NCBI RefSeq assembly: GCF_035594765.1
Contig: NC_085846.1
Span: 13,937,190-14,001,189 of the forward strand
Reading direction: 5' to 3'
Source of the DNA: Anolis carolinensis
Lineage: Eukaryota
DNA length: 64,000 nt
Part shown: piece by piece, positions 15,586 through 33,789 of the stretch
Numbering within the stretch: position 1 is the stretch's first letter
How the letters are laid out: every line of letters begins with the position of its first letter
The notes under the pieces: generated by a model
The model's database searches: none
What the model was told of the DNA's origin: nothing
Seen by the model: only the letters and a program-made list of their open reading frames with translations
Position numbers and translations under genes: made by a program

Positions 15586-18500
15586 AGTGCCTTTTAAAGA
15601 GGTGATCAAGGTTCGTCTTCTCCAGAATAACCAGGAACACCAGGATTTAGTGTGGAACAGCTCCTTTGACTCTTCTGCATGTGGAGTATTCTTCTACTTC
15701 CCTTTTCCCAGCTGGATCTGGGACTTTCAAAATTCCAGCCCCAGAATCATGCATCAAATGAACTACTTAATTTTATGAAGTGCAATAATGAAATAATGGA
15801 CCAAGAATTGGGCATATCTATGAAACTAGTATGGTATGTGTGGGACAGGATTCATAGCCTCTAAGAAGAACAAAGAGTAAGCATTGACTGGATCAAGGAA
15901 ATGTAACATTGGGTTGCCCAAGACATTTGGACTGCAAATCCCATATTTTCTGACTTGATCATGCTCATCGTGGCTTCTGCAGCTGTAGTATAAGATATTT
16001 AGAAGGTGCCAGGTTCCCTTCAATTGAACTAGATTATTGAACATTTTCTCCAGCTCATATGCCTTAATTTTTTGGCAGCAAGTGCATTGAACTGGCATTC
16101 CAGTGTATCAGATCACTGACATTATGAAGTAGGAATAGAGATGTGAAATGAGTATGCAACTGTATAGGAGCCAGTTCCCTCTGTGGAGGCACCCCCATGG
16201 GTAGCACTTCCCCCAGCAAGCCTGAATACATATTTTTCTTTCAATGTGGTGACAGGAAATGACATAACATCACTTTGTGTTGCCATTTTAAGACCGTGTC
16301 GGAAAGGGAGTTTACAAATACAATGTTTAACTTTTTTGGTATAATTTAACACTCACACTTCACTGTGGGAACAAAATGTAAAAGCCCTTAGATTTGAAAA
16401 GGCTCAGAACTTTATAATGTTCTTTTAAAACAAGAGGAAGATTCTGCTATATAAAAAAGCCGAATCTTCCCTTTTGCCTTAATTTAAATACACAACCATC
16501 TGCACCAGGGATGGGAATCATGTCGTTTTAAGTTTCCCATCATTCCTCACCATCAGTTCGTTAGAGCTTCTGGGGTTAGAAGTCAAATATCATCAGAACA
16601 CTTCCATGATTGGTTACATCCACAGAATGAACCGCCATGGCTAAGAACCCTCAGGTGCATACAAATGCAATAAGCATCCTGCTTAAGAAACAACAACCAT
16701 TGACAGGTTTTACTAAAACCAATGTTTGGACTTGTGAATGTTTGATAAGCATGAATTCTTCAGTCAAACTTCTCACACAAAGTCTAGGAAAACAGCAAAA
16801 TATATTATTACATTGCATTGGTTTTTTTTTTAAAAGGAATGAGGTGATTAACAGTCATGTCAGTTTGGCCTCATTTAATTAAAACAGCAAAATCATACTG
16901 CAGTCCTGTGTGACCGCTGCAAAGGAACTTCCCTTGGACCCTATAAAGTCCTCCTTAGCAACAGTAGACCCTGAAGAGGAGCCAGGTGTGTCTGTTTTTA
17001 AAAAATTCAGTCTGATTTCCTTGCAGCTTGATTTGTCAAATCTTCAGTTACTGTGTACTTTTGCCTTTAACAACAGCTTGATATGCAGAGATGAATAGGT
17101 GACAATTTTGTGTCAATGCTGTGAAACCTGTTGATTTTTGTATACATAGATATTAAAGGAATACAAGCACACCAGGCCAGTATTTCTTTAGGTCAGATAT
17201 CAATTTTCTCTCCAGACCAAGACCTGGCATTTATTTTAACTTGGATTCAGGCTACACCTCTTTTCAAGTGGGTCACATCCTTTGGTTGGGTGCAGAACAA
17301 AGTCTATTGATTGCTGTCAAACAATGGAATGAAGTGTGGGTTTTTTTCCTAGTAAATACATTTCTGCTGGATCATATTTTGCTTTTACATGCTTGAAACA
17401 TCTTCATGGGAAGTCAGCTTTTGGCAATAATACAGCAAAGCAATTCTGGCTTGGTAAAAAAGTCAGTTACCTCATCAAAAATAGCAGTTATCCAAGTTCT
17501 GCCTTCCAGCAGCATCTCTAATGTAGGCTCTGAGTCCAAGCCAGAGGCCACTATGAAATGCCAACTCCTTCAGCAAGAGAGTCAATAATAATGTACTTAA
17601 CAGTTTGGAGGCTGAATTCCTCGCCATCATTCTGCATCAGGCAAAGCTGGGTGACATTCCTGTTTCTGATACTCCGTCAGTTTCCTTGACTTTCACCAAA
17701 TGATAGAAGCAGGCAGAGATCTCTAACTTGATCAGGGTGGGTCTCCCTGAAAGTTGCTTGTCTTCTGGCATGTTTCACCAGAATCAATCAGACGAGCAAT
17801 GCATATTCTCATGGCTGCCATCATACTCTGCAGCAGCTTAGCTTCTACTCCAAACCTTGCAGCACAAACAGGCGACTACAAGACTTTCATGCTCTCCATC
17901 CATTGGCAGCCATTGGCACTTTGTCAAGATCTTCCTTGGCTGCAACAAAGTTTAAAAATACATTAGAAAAAGGCAAAAAGTAGAAAAGCAAGCCAGGGCT
18001 TATTTTCTCCAAGTTGGAAGAACTGTTTATTTTATGGGGAGCTAATCAACTGGTTTCTTGGAACTCAAAAGTTAACCAACCTATGTCTGCTGAGCTCAGA
18101 AACAAGATCTGCTTTGTTCAACAGGATTAATCCTATGGAAGTGTGCAGAGGATTGGAATCTGAGACCTAAGACTGCATGTTGTGCAGACTTACCAGAGAG
18201 TAAGTCTGAATATACGTAGTACAAATTACTTCTAAGATGACATGCACAGGGTTCTTGATCAAGAAATAGTCTTTTCCCGCCTCTTCTTAAGATACACCAG
18301 GAATGGCTCATAAAGCTTCAAGCTTAGTTCGAAATAAGGAGCAGTAAAGTTTTGCTATTCTAGCAAGAGCTGAGTTAGTGGATTTCTGCAAATCCAAAAG
18401 TCCTCCTGCATTCACAGCGTGTTCATTCCCTTCTTTCACAGACTGAACTTTGGGATGTAATTTTCTGTTGATTGAGAGCCAAAATGAATTTAAAATATAT

Positions 18501-19055
18501 CTCTTCCCGCCTCCTTTCCATTTTGCACACATTTATCTAACAACGCATTCTCCAGCCTTGCTGCATAGTGTTACATTAAAACCAAAATTGGGCAGAATCA
18601 ACAAGAAGCTCTAGGTGAGAGGGAAAGCATAGCTACCAATAGCCCTCCAAGGAAGCTATCAAGCGTTTTCTCACACACAAACTGTACTGCAGCAGCCATT
18701 CCACTGGGCTGATACATTTATAACAATAACAATGTATATTTCCAGCTTGACCAGGATGGCCCCATTCTTGTTGGCCTTCCGCAAGCAAATCAAGACTTGT
18801 TTTCTGCAAGCAGACATTTGGAAAAGGATAAGGGACACATTGCTGGGGTGGTTGTAGGTGGGATTTTGGGGAAAATTGGGTGTTTTAAAATGCATTTTAA
18901 TTGTATTTATTGTATTTTAACTGTAGTTTTAACTTGACACACAGTACTGTTTAATTGTTTTTTAATTTTTGTATTTGCTTTGCTTTGCTTTGATCAAACT
19001 GTGTAGCTGTTAGTTGCCTTGAGTCCTCTCAGGGAGAAAGGCAGGGCATAAATAA

Positions 19056-19057
<2 letters not shown>

Positions 19058-19113
<56 letters not shown>
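19058..19113. repeat. (AAT)n microsatellite
   Basis: Perfect AAT run; others at 24066-24113, 43638-43710 and 51468-51511. Confidence 0.95.
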
Positions 19114-19115
<2 letters not shown>

Positions 19116-19293
19116 CAGTTCAGTTTCTTCATTTCCTTTTCCTTTCTCCTTTGCTTTTCTTTTGATGCTGAGTCCTTTTTAGACAGAAAGCCTGAGTCTA
19201 AATACTGCTTTGATCTTTTTTTTAAAATCAGCAACTTAAGAATGTTTACTTACTTGGAAATTATTTCCAAATGTAGAGTGTGGCATGAATATA

Positions 19294-19616
19294 CAGTAGA
19301 GTCTCACTTATCCAACATTCGCTTATCCAATGTTCTGGATTATCCAATGCATTTTTGTAGTCAATGTTTTCGATACATCGTGATATTTTGGTGCTAACTT
19401 CGTAAATACAGTAATTACTACATAGCATTACTACGTATTGAACTACTTTTTCTGTCAAATTTGTTGTATAACATGATGTTTTGGTACTTAATTTGTAAAA
19501 TCATAACCTAATTTGATGTTTAATAGACATTTCCTTGATCTCTCCTTATTATCCAACATATTCGCTTATCCAACGTTCTGCAGGCCCGTTTATGTTGGAT
19601 AAGTGAGACTCTACTG
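19294..19616. mobile_element. Tc1/mariner-pogo non-autonomous element
   Basis: TIR CAGTAGAGTCTCACTTATCCAACAT / ATGTTGGATAAGTGAGACTCTACTG flanked by TA on both sides. Confidence 0.85.
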
Positions 19617-19767
19617 TAGTAATTTAAGACTGTGTTCTCTCCTATTTATTATGTGTATTATTTTATCATAAACTGTTTTGAGTCCCTTTGGGGAGTGGGG
19701 GAGGTGGAATATAAACCAAGCTAGCAAGGAAAGAAATGATATATAAATAAGAGGGAAATAAGTGTTC

Positions 19768-22700
19768 CTACCATGAATGACGCCTCTGATGGTTGGTGAC
19801 ATGTGAGCGCCGTGTGAACCTCTTTCCGCAGTAGGTGCATTGGTGGGGCTTCTCCCCAGAGTGAATGAGGAGGTGCTTTGTGAGGGTTGCATTTCGGTTG
19901 AAGCTGTTTCCACATTCTGGGCACTGGTACGGCTTCTCGCCCGTGTGGATCCTTTCGTGCCGGATCAAGTCCCACTTCTTCCGGAATCCCTTCCCACACT
20001 CTTTGCAAAGATGCCGCTTTGTTTCCGAGTTAGACAGTGCCCCGCCAAGGCCTCTGTCCTGGATCACTCTCACAGACAGGTAACCCTTTGGCTGTTTTCC
20101 CAATCTATGCTCACGCACGTGCGATCTTTTTGGATCGCCCCTTGGGAAAGCAGCTTCTCCAAATCCTCCATGAAGTCGTCTTCCTTGCTCTTCCAGTTGA
20201 GCTTCTCCCTGGAGCAGATCTTTAGCCCCATTTCTGGTCACAAAGTTCTCTTTTGTTGGGAGAAAAGGGGAAAAAAGTGTTCAGGGCATCTGGTGTTGCA
20301 TGCAGAGGTGGGCAATGATGCAAGGGCAATTCATTCATCCAACAATCCCCCTCCATGGGAGAAAAACCCTTTTTCTGAATCCCTCTCAAAATGGCAACTG
20401 GAAGTGGTATTGCATCACTTCCACTTGCAATTTTGAAAGCAACTCCCATAACAGAGGAATAGGGCAGTTCTGGAGTGAAGAATGTGTTCTGCATGTTTGG
20501 TGTGCTTTCTATGTGCATCTAAGGCAAAATCATGCTGACAGTATTATTAAATGAGGGTCAGGGGATTTGGAGATATTTGAAATGAACTTTAGGATTTCAG
20601 GAAAAATTATTTTCAGGATCCCTAGTATTGTGGTCTCCATGCAAGAACAGGAGAGCTCTGACCCTTCTTAAATCAGTTCATAAATTCAGTATATTAAACA
20701 ATTAAGATGTTGGGCTATTTTGATTATGTGCACAGATGTTAATTTCTCTTAGTGCTTTTGTTTTGTCTTACCTAAACAAAACTAACATCCCTTAATAGAC
20801 ACCTTGCAATTACCTTGCAAACTGATATCTTCATTTTCAACTTGTTTGGCCTCCCTGCGTGGATGTTGCTGTGCTGCCTCAGACAGAGCCTGATCTACAG
20901 GGGAATTGACGATCACCATCTCAATTGGCACAATTACCTGAAACAACAAAATGTTGAGATATGGTCAAGATAGTTGAACCATAGTAGAAGAACTGCTATC
21001 ATTTCAGAGCTCGGAATAGTTATTGTTTCAAGAACTGCCAATCTCAGAAAGCACAACCATCATGGTTAGGGGATTCTGGAAGCTAGGGTCCCCCAAAGAA
21101 ACTTTCCCAAACATTGTATAAGAAGTCATATTTCTTATCTGTATATCTGAAATGGCTCTCCATATGCTTTGCAAAAACACCAGTCAATTGTGTTTTTAAT
21201 GCATTTAAAAATTCTTTTTTTGCAAAAGAGGGAAGAATAGAGTTTATTTGTTAGTTTTAGTTGGCGGGGGTGGGCGGGATTTAATGGGGTGCGAATAATA
21301 TGGGGTTATTTTTGTATCAAATTATTTTTGTTTTGTTTTCTGTGTTAACATCTGTATTACTTTTTTAATTTGTTGAATTTAAGTTACATTTTTGAAAATT
21401 TAATTATTATTTTTAAAAGAGCAAGACCAGAACAGAGACGTTCCTTACCTATTGTGTCCATCGCTCCATCTCTTGCTGCCTCTGCAAGATCTCCTCTGCT
21501 AGGGCCACATTTGAGGTTATTTTTGTATTGGATTCTTTTATTTTGCTTTCTATTTTAGTGTCTGTAGACTTTAAAAAAACTTTACTGCCTGTCTCAGCAA
21601 GAACTCCTCTGCCAGGACCACACACAGGGTTATTTTTGTATTGAATTCTTTTATTTTGTTTTCTATTTTAGTGTCTGTACAGCCTTTTTTTTTTTTACTT
21701 TATTGGCTGCCTCTGTAATTGCTTCTATGGAAGAACCACATATGGGGTTATTTTTGTATTGGATTCTTTCATTATGTTTGGATTTAAATTACATTTTAAA
21801 AAAATCATACACACACATAAAAATATATAAATATAAATAATAATAATACACTGTATTTATATTCTGCTTTATCTCCCCTGAGGGACTCAGAGCAGATTGT
21901 AGAGTATACATATAAGGCAAACATTCAATGCCTTTAGAACAGTGAACAGCAACGATTAACATAAACAAAAGTAAGGCCTCCCCTTCATATCCAGCATCTG
22001 GAGGTGATGCTCAACCCTGGCCATGGGGAGGTGCTCTTGTTCCATTTTTCCATGCCGAAGGAGCCTGTTGTCCATAGATGTCTCCGATCATATGGCTGGC
22101 ATGTCTCCATGGGGCGCCTTTTTACATTTCCTTCTGAGGTGGTACCTATTGATCTACTCACATTGCATGTTTTAGAACTCTAGGTTGGCATAAGCTATTA
22201 TTATTATTAACTGGATTTCTATACCGCTTTTCTCACCCCTGGGGGGACTCAAAGCGGTTTACAACATAATAAATGGCAAAATTCAATGCCTTACATTTAT
22301 ATAAAAATATATTACATATCTAAATAAAATACATACAACTGTAGATTAAAACTATTAAAACTATAAAAACATCAAACAAAGACATATGCATAAAACATGC
22401 TATTACAGCAATTAACATAGATCTTTTCTCTTCTAGGTCTGACAGCCAGGAGCTCACCCTGACTCGCAGCTTCAAACTGCCAACCCTCCGGTCAGCAGAT
22501 TTCCTAAAGCTAGTGGTTTAACCCACGGTCCCATATCAATATCCATATCCATATGGATAAAACCTGTGATAGAGAGGTTCCCTACCTGCTGGGCCCACCT
22601 CTCCACCTCCTGCTGCCGCTGCAGGAACTCCTCTGCCAGGGCCACAGCCTGGTCGCAGGTCTCGGGGCCATGTTCCCGGATCCAGTCTTGCATGTCCTGC

Positions 22701-23359
22701 GGGAGGATGAAAAGGAACTGCTCCAGGATGAGGAGGTCCAGGATCTGCTCCTTGGTCTGGTTCTCCGGCCGCAACCACCGCCGGCAAAGCTTCTGCAGCT
22801 GCCGGCACGCCCCCCTCGGCCCCTCGGCCGCCTGGTAGGAGAAGTGCCGGAAGCCTTGGCGGTGCGTCTCGGCAGCGAGGGAGCCGTCCAGGTGCAGAAC
22901 GGCCACCTTGACCTTCCCATGGTCCCCCTTGTCCTTGGCCTCCGGGCTGAAACAGGCCTGCCGGGCTTGACCGCCGAGGACGGGCATCAGCCTTGCGACC
23001 CACTCTTCTCTCGGCCGCTGCGAGGCGTCCGCCATCCGCTCGAAGGCGGCCAAGTAGGCCTCGGTGTTGGTCCCTTGAGCCACAGGAGGCAACTGGAGGC
23101 CATCCCACTCCATGGCGGCCACGGGAGGCGGCAGCAACTCCAACACCCTCGGCCACTGACCATTCCAGCACTGGAGTGGCTCCTCGGGCAGCTCCTGCTT
23201 GACTTTGGAGAGCTCCTCTGCGGTTCCTGGCTGGATTATGAAGGGGGATTTTCCATTCTCTTCAACAGCAGCGCCATCCCCTTGGCACTGAGACTCCATT
23301 TTCACTTGAGCCTGCAACAGAAGGCCAGGGTCTGCCATTTCGCTTGAAGGGGCTGCCAT
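19768..23359 (-). CDS. SCAN-domain C2H2 zinc-finger protein with Gag capsid-like extension and degenerate KRAB-A-like exon (exons 22586-23359, 20814-20937, 19768-20249; about 459 aa, 3 fingers)
   Basis: SCAN ETHRQGFRHFSYQAAEGPRGACRQLQKLCRRWLRPENQTKEQILDLLILEQFL...AVALAEEF; middle exon VIVPIEMVIVNSPVDQALSE; last exon with three CxxC...HxxxH fingers and TGEKP linkers; splice phases 0 and 1 consistent. Confidence 0.85.
21445..21780 (-). repeat. Degenerate tandem repeat of about 115 bp containing copies of the SCAN exon 3' end
   Basis: Three units of (CTCCTCTGC.AGG.CCACA)+(GGTTATTTTTGTATTG.ATTCTTT); the first unit aligns to 22583-22646. Confidence 0.75.
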
Positions 23360-23675
23360 CTTGTTCACCACCGCTCTTTTACTGAAGGAAACCTTCTCAG
23401 GGCCTGTGGTTAAAAAAGTCAATTCTAAGTTTATTTCAATTCGTCATATTTCTTCAATCATGTAAGACACAACCCTGTTTTAGAGATGTTTACATGGGTA
23501 TTAAAGTGCGTCTTAGAATCGAAGAAACACAGTATTTAAATATTTTAATGTTTACTATTCTATCGTATAGAGCAGGCATGGGCAAAATTGGGCCCTCCAG
23601 GTGTTTTGGACTTCAACTTCCACAATTCCTAACAGCCTCAGGCCCTTTCCTTTTGTCCCCTCGTCTGCTTAAGCA

Positions 23676-24062
23676 AGGCAAGTGAGGTTGTACGGCTGTA
23701 CAGCCATGTTCCAGAAGCATTCTCTCCTGACGTTTCTCCCACATCTATGGCAGGCATCCTCAGAGGTTGTGAGATCTGTTGGAAACTAGGCAAATGAGGT
23801 TTATATTGAAGGGACCATAAGCCAGAAAATAGTAAATTTTTGCCTATGTAACTTTGCCTCTGAATATGCCCCTCCCTTCATCTGCAACATTTACACTTAC
23901 CTTAAGCAGACAAGAGTTCTTTCCCCCACCCTGGACTTTCCACAGATATATAAACCTCAGACTTCCCAACAGACTTCACAACCTCTGAGGGTGCCTGCCA
24001 TAAATCATCAGGAGAAAATGCTTCTGGAACATGGCCATACAGCACAGAAAACTCACAGCAAC
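23676..24062. mobile_element. Penelope-like retroelement terminal fragments in inverted arrangement
   Basis: GCCATGTTCCAGAAGCATTCTCTCCTGACG...CAGAGGTTGTGAG and its inverse; same family as the GIY-YIG-bearing copy at 53530-54270. Confidence 0.75.
23722..23773 (-). ncRNA. Minimal type I hammerhead ribozyme motif (Penelope-borne)
   Basis: Minus strand CCT-CTGAGGA-T-GCCTGC-CATAGAT-GTGGGA-GAAA-CGTC-AGG; core intact, first stem II pair mismatched. Confidence 0.55.
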
Positions 24063-24064
24063 TC

Positions 24065-24113
<49 letters not shown>

Positions 24114-24318
24114 TACACTTTTCTTTTGTCTCTTGATCCAGACACAAAGTGTTTGTAGCCTGCAGTCCTCTGCTCTGGACACCTGCCATTTTTGCAACCC
24201 AGCTTGTGGAAGGATGCTATGAAAAGAGAAGAGCTTTGTAACCTATCTACATGCAACACTTAAAACAACTAGCTCTATACATGTACCATTTTAAAAATGA
24301 CAGCTGGAGTATCTATAA

Positions 24319-24410
24319 CAGGCATGGGCAAACTTGGACCCTCCAGGTGTTTTGGACCTCAACACCCACAAGTCCAAAACACCTGGAGGACCCAAGTTTG
24401 CCCATGCCTG
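24319..24410. mobile_element. hAT MITE (short form)
   Basis: TIR CAGGCATGGGCAAACTTGG; 8-bp TSD-like ATCTATAA/ATCTATTC. Confidence 0.8.
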
Positions 24411-25437
24411 ATCTATTCTATAAGCTCAGTTGTTGTTATCTATTACTATGACAGAGAACCTTTATGGTGTACTTATTTGAATACTGGGCTATGGGCGCAT
24501 CTACATTGTGGAATCAATGCAGTTTGATACAACTTTAACTGCCATGGCTCTATGGAATCCTGGGAGTTTTACAAGAGCTTTAGTTTCCTCAGCCAAAGAG
24601 TGCTGCAGCCTCACCAAACTACAACCCCCAAGATTCCGCAGCTTTGAGCCATGGCAGTGAAAGCGGTATCGAACTGCATTAATTCTGCAATGTAGATACA
24701 TCCTAGGACACAGAGTAATAGATTCAAATGTTTAGGAACAGCTAAACATTAGGAAGAACTCCCCCTCCTTGATGTTTTGAACCCCCATCATCTTCCTCCC
24801 ATCCCACCAGGACTCACCCTTTGCAGCTTCACTTCTTTTGCTGGAGGAGAAGGACATTAAATCCTCAAAAAGCACATTCAGTTTTCCTAGGCGGAAAAGG
24901 GAATGTGCAGCAGCATGTTGGGGACCTCCCTGGAGCCCTTCTGCAGCCTCTCTAGGACTACTAGCCTGCCGTTTTTGGATTTTTTAACCCACTATTTCCC
25001 AAACTCTAGTCTTTTTGGTCTTTGGACTTCAGCTCCCAGAATCCCAATTCATTGGCCGATGCAGCTGAGGCTTCTGGGAATTGAAGTCCAGAAAACCTGG
25101 AGGACTCGTTTGGGACAGTTGTAACCTTTAAGTTTCACAGGAGACTCATTGGAAGTGTTTGATTACAACAAAAAAGAAGAATCTTATACTTATTTATCTA
25201 TTTTTCAAGATATCATTAGATCAGAATCGTCCTGCTTATAGCTTTGTAATATTTCTCTTCAGCTACACATACATGAAAGTATGCATGTATATGTATGTGT
25301 TTGTATATATATGTATATCTATATACATACACAGTCTGATACTACTTTATCAGTGATATATATATAAATAAAGTAATATCAAACTGCATTAATCATACAG
25401 TACAGATGCACTCTAATAGACCCATTATAGAATTAGA

Positions 25438-25577
25438 NNNNNNNNNNNNNNNNNNNNNNNNNNNNNNNNNNNNNNNNNNNNNNNNNNNNNNNNNNNNNNN
25501 NNNNNNNNNNNNNNNNNNNNNNNNNNNNNNNNNNNNNNNNNNNNNNNNNNNNNNNNNNNNNNNNNNNNNNNNNNNNN
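25438..25577. other. Assembly gap (N run)
   Basis: Run of N. Confidence 1.
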
Positions 25578-25589
25578 AGTTTGTGTGTG

Positions 25590-25879
25590 TGGGTAGTAAA
25601 GGTAAAGTCTAGTCACGTCTGACTCTGGGGGTTGGTGCTCATCTCCCATTTCTAAGCTGAAGAGCCGGTGTTGTCTGTAGACACCTCCAAGGTCATGTGG
25701 CTGGCATGGCTGCATGGAATGCCGTTACCTTCCCGCCGGAGCAGTAACTATTTATCTACTCACATTTGCATGTTTTTGAACTGCTAGGTTGGCAGAAGCT
25801 GGGGCTAACAGTGGGAGCTCACCCTGCTCCCCAGATTTGAACCGCCGACCTTTTGGTCAGCAAGTTCAGCAGCTCTATG
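25590..25879 (-). mobile_element. Sauria SINE between two gaps
   Basis: Same body as the other copies, reverse orientation. Confidence 0.85.
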
Positions 25880-26022
25880 NNNNNNNNNNNNNNNNNNNNN
25901 NNNNNNNNNNNNNNNNNNNNNNNNNNNNNNNNNNNNNNNNNNNNNNNNNNNNNNNNNNNNNNNNNNNNNNNNNNNNNNNNNNNNNNNNNNNNNNNNNNNN
26001 NNNNNNNNNNNNNNNNNNNNNN
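25880..26022. other. Assembly gap (N run)
   Basis: Run of N. Confidence 1.
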
Positions 26023-27246
26023 GTACATATATTTCATAAGTTTTCATTTTATTGTCTGATGCAATCTAATGCCATAATATATGTCTTAAAGTGTGCATCT
26101 ATGCAGTAGAAAGAATGCAGTTTGACACCACTTTATCTACCTTGGCTCAACTTTATCTACCTGGGAGTTGTAGTTTGGTGGGGCCCTAGCTCCCTTTGGC
26201 AAGGTAGGCTACAGACCTTGTGAAACTATTACTTCTAGGATTCCATTGCATTCAGCCATGGCACTTCAAGGGGTGTCAAACCAAAAGTTAATGTAGCAAA
26301 CAGGGCTGGCCTTCATGTTTTAAGCCCCTTCTCATTGCACTGTTATAGCTGCATAAATCCACTTTAATGGCCATATTCTTTGGAATCTTGGGGTTTGTAG
26401 CTTGGTGAGGCATTAGAGTTCTCTGGGTGAGAAATCTAAATATATCCCCAAGTGCAAACCTCAGAATTCAATAGGAAATTGTCTGGAGCGGAATATGGTG
26501 CTGTATTTGTGTCGTATGAAAGGGCTTCTGAAATGTGGATACCAGGATAACAAATCCCTTTGAAGATGTTCTTCTTCAGTGCTGGGTACCATTTAGACCC
26601 GATATAGAGTTATGGGGGAATAATTCCATGGAATAATGAAAAAATTATCTGGTCTGCTTTGTAATAGGTGGCTACTGGCTTTATTGACTGAAGGATTCTC
26701 AGATTTGTCTCTGAAAAAGCAACTTTTTCAACCTTGGAGCCCTACAGATGCTGACCCTGTCAATAACTGATGGTTTGTAAGACATTATAGTACAATATAC
26801 TGTATTACACATATAAACACAGCAATTCAGAGATGCAATCCTAAACACCCTGGCCTGGCATTAAAGCCCATAGAACATGGTGAGATTTACTCTTGAGTAA
26901 ACATACAGCAAATGGATCTTCAAATGTAGCAGAAGTCACCTTTGAACCAATATCAGTGTTGCTCTCCCAACCATATTTAAAGTTCCAATGTAGATTTAAA
27001 TGTAATATTTGTCAATAATGGATATAGGTGAGACAAGAATGACAGAAAATAGCTTAAATACTTCAATGCATCCAATAGTTTATTTCTGTTTTCAATTCAC
27101 AAATATGGCTTTACAGTTTATTCAGATTTTAAAAAAATTATTCACTTTTTTCCCAAACTCCCAAGGGTTTGATATATTTTTTTTTACACCTTGAGCTGCT
27201 TTGTGGCTCCTCTTTAGGTCAAGACAATGGGGACCATGGCCTATAG

Positions 27247-27570
27247 GGTAAAAAGGTAAAGGTTTCCCTGACGTTAAGTCCAGTCATGTCTGACTCTGGG
27301 GGTTGGTGCTCATCTCCATTTCTAAGCTGAAGAGCCGGCATTGTCCGTAGACACCTCCAAGGTCATGTGGCCGGCATGACTGCATGGAGCGCCGTTACCT
27401 TCCCACCAGAGCGGTACCTATTGATTTACTCACATTGGCATGTTTTCAAACTGCTAGGTTGGCAGAAGCTGGAGCTAACAGCGGGTGCTCACTCCGCTCT
27501 CAGGATTTGAACCTGGGACCTTTCAGTCTGCAAGTTCACCAGCTCAGTGCTTTAACACACTTCGCTACCA
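27247..27570 (-). mobile_element. Near full-length Sauria SINE with TSD
   Basis: Flanked by GGCCTATAG at 27238-27246 and 27571-27579. Confidence 0.88.
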
Positions 27571-28518
27571 GGCCTATAGAGGGGAGTTTAAATCATTTCC
27601 CCCATCTTGGTTTATATCCGAACCAGAAAGATCCATAGTTATTCAAAATGAGAAATAAAATGTTCTACTGATGTCATGTTTCATAAATACATATTTCTAG
27701 GTCACATTTAAAAACTGCAAATCTAATTTCTTAAAACTGGATGGGCTTTCCATGAAGGAAGATGACACACATGTCTAAAATCTGGCATTGAGTATCAACC
27801 TCTCCTCTCTAAATATAGAATTCCTTATGTACAATAATTTATGGCAATTCTTCTGATTTGATAATCTAAAAAATAATCTTACTCTATTCAGATGAATCTA
27901 TAGCAACAGCACAAGTGGTAGGATGCAGGGCAATAGGAGGTTGACCTGTGACCCTCCAGAAGTTGGACTGTATTTCCCATCAGCCTGCTGCCAGCACTGC
28001 CAATGGTGTGGGAAGATGGGAGTTGAAGTCTAATAAATACATATTCCCCATCCCTGCTAAAGAGGAACTATCACTAGCAAAGGATTAGTTATTCAATTCA
28101 CATTCATTACTTCAAAATATATCAGTCTGACAAGTTCTTTGATATGACATGATTGACGTAAGAGCTCCTTTTGATTTCTCATAAAATCACAGTTTGAAAA
28201 TACCACAGGGCCATCCTGTCATACAACAATACACAATCAAAGCACTCCTGGCAGATGGCCATTCAGTCTGTTTAGAAAACTCCAGAGAAGGAGAGTCTAC
28301 CACACTCCAAGGCACAGTGTTTCAGTGCTGGATTATCATCATCATCATCATCTTTATTTATACCCGCTAGTCCTGGAATGTTACAACCTTGGGTGCCTTT
28401 CCCCTGCCATTTGGAAACATCTTCTGTACTAGGTTTGTGGAAGTTGTAGTTCAAACTCCCCAATCCCATGTTGGGTGAGTTGATGGGAGTCATAAGCCAA
28501 ATGTTCCCTGTGACCTGT

Positions 28519-33789
<5,271 letters not shown>

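Noticed and set aside
22536-23347. Long antisense and alternative ORFs (211-264 aa) over the SCAN exon
   Set aside because: By-product of high GC content; no recognisable domain
23976-24222. Poly-N/poly-L ORFs (also poly-I at 43520 and poly-L at 51458)
   Set aside because: Translations of (AAT)n microsatellites
25406-26109. ORFs spanning the N runs
   Set aside because: Artifacts of assembly gaps
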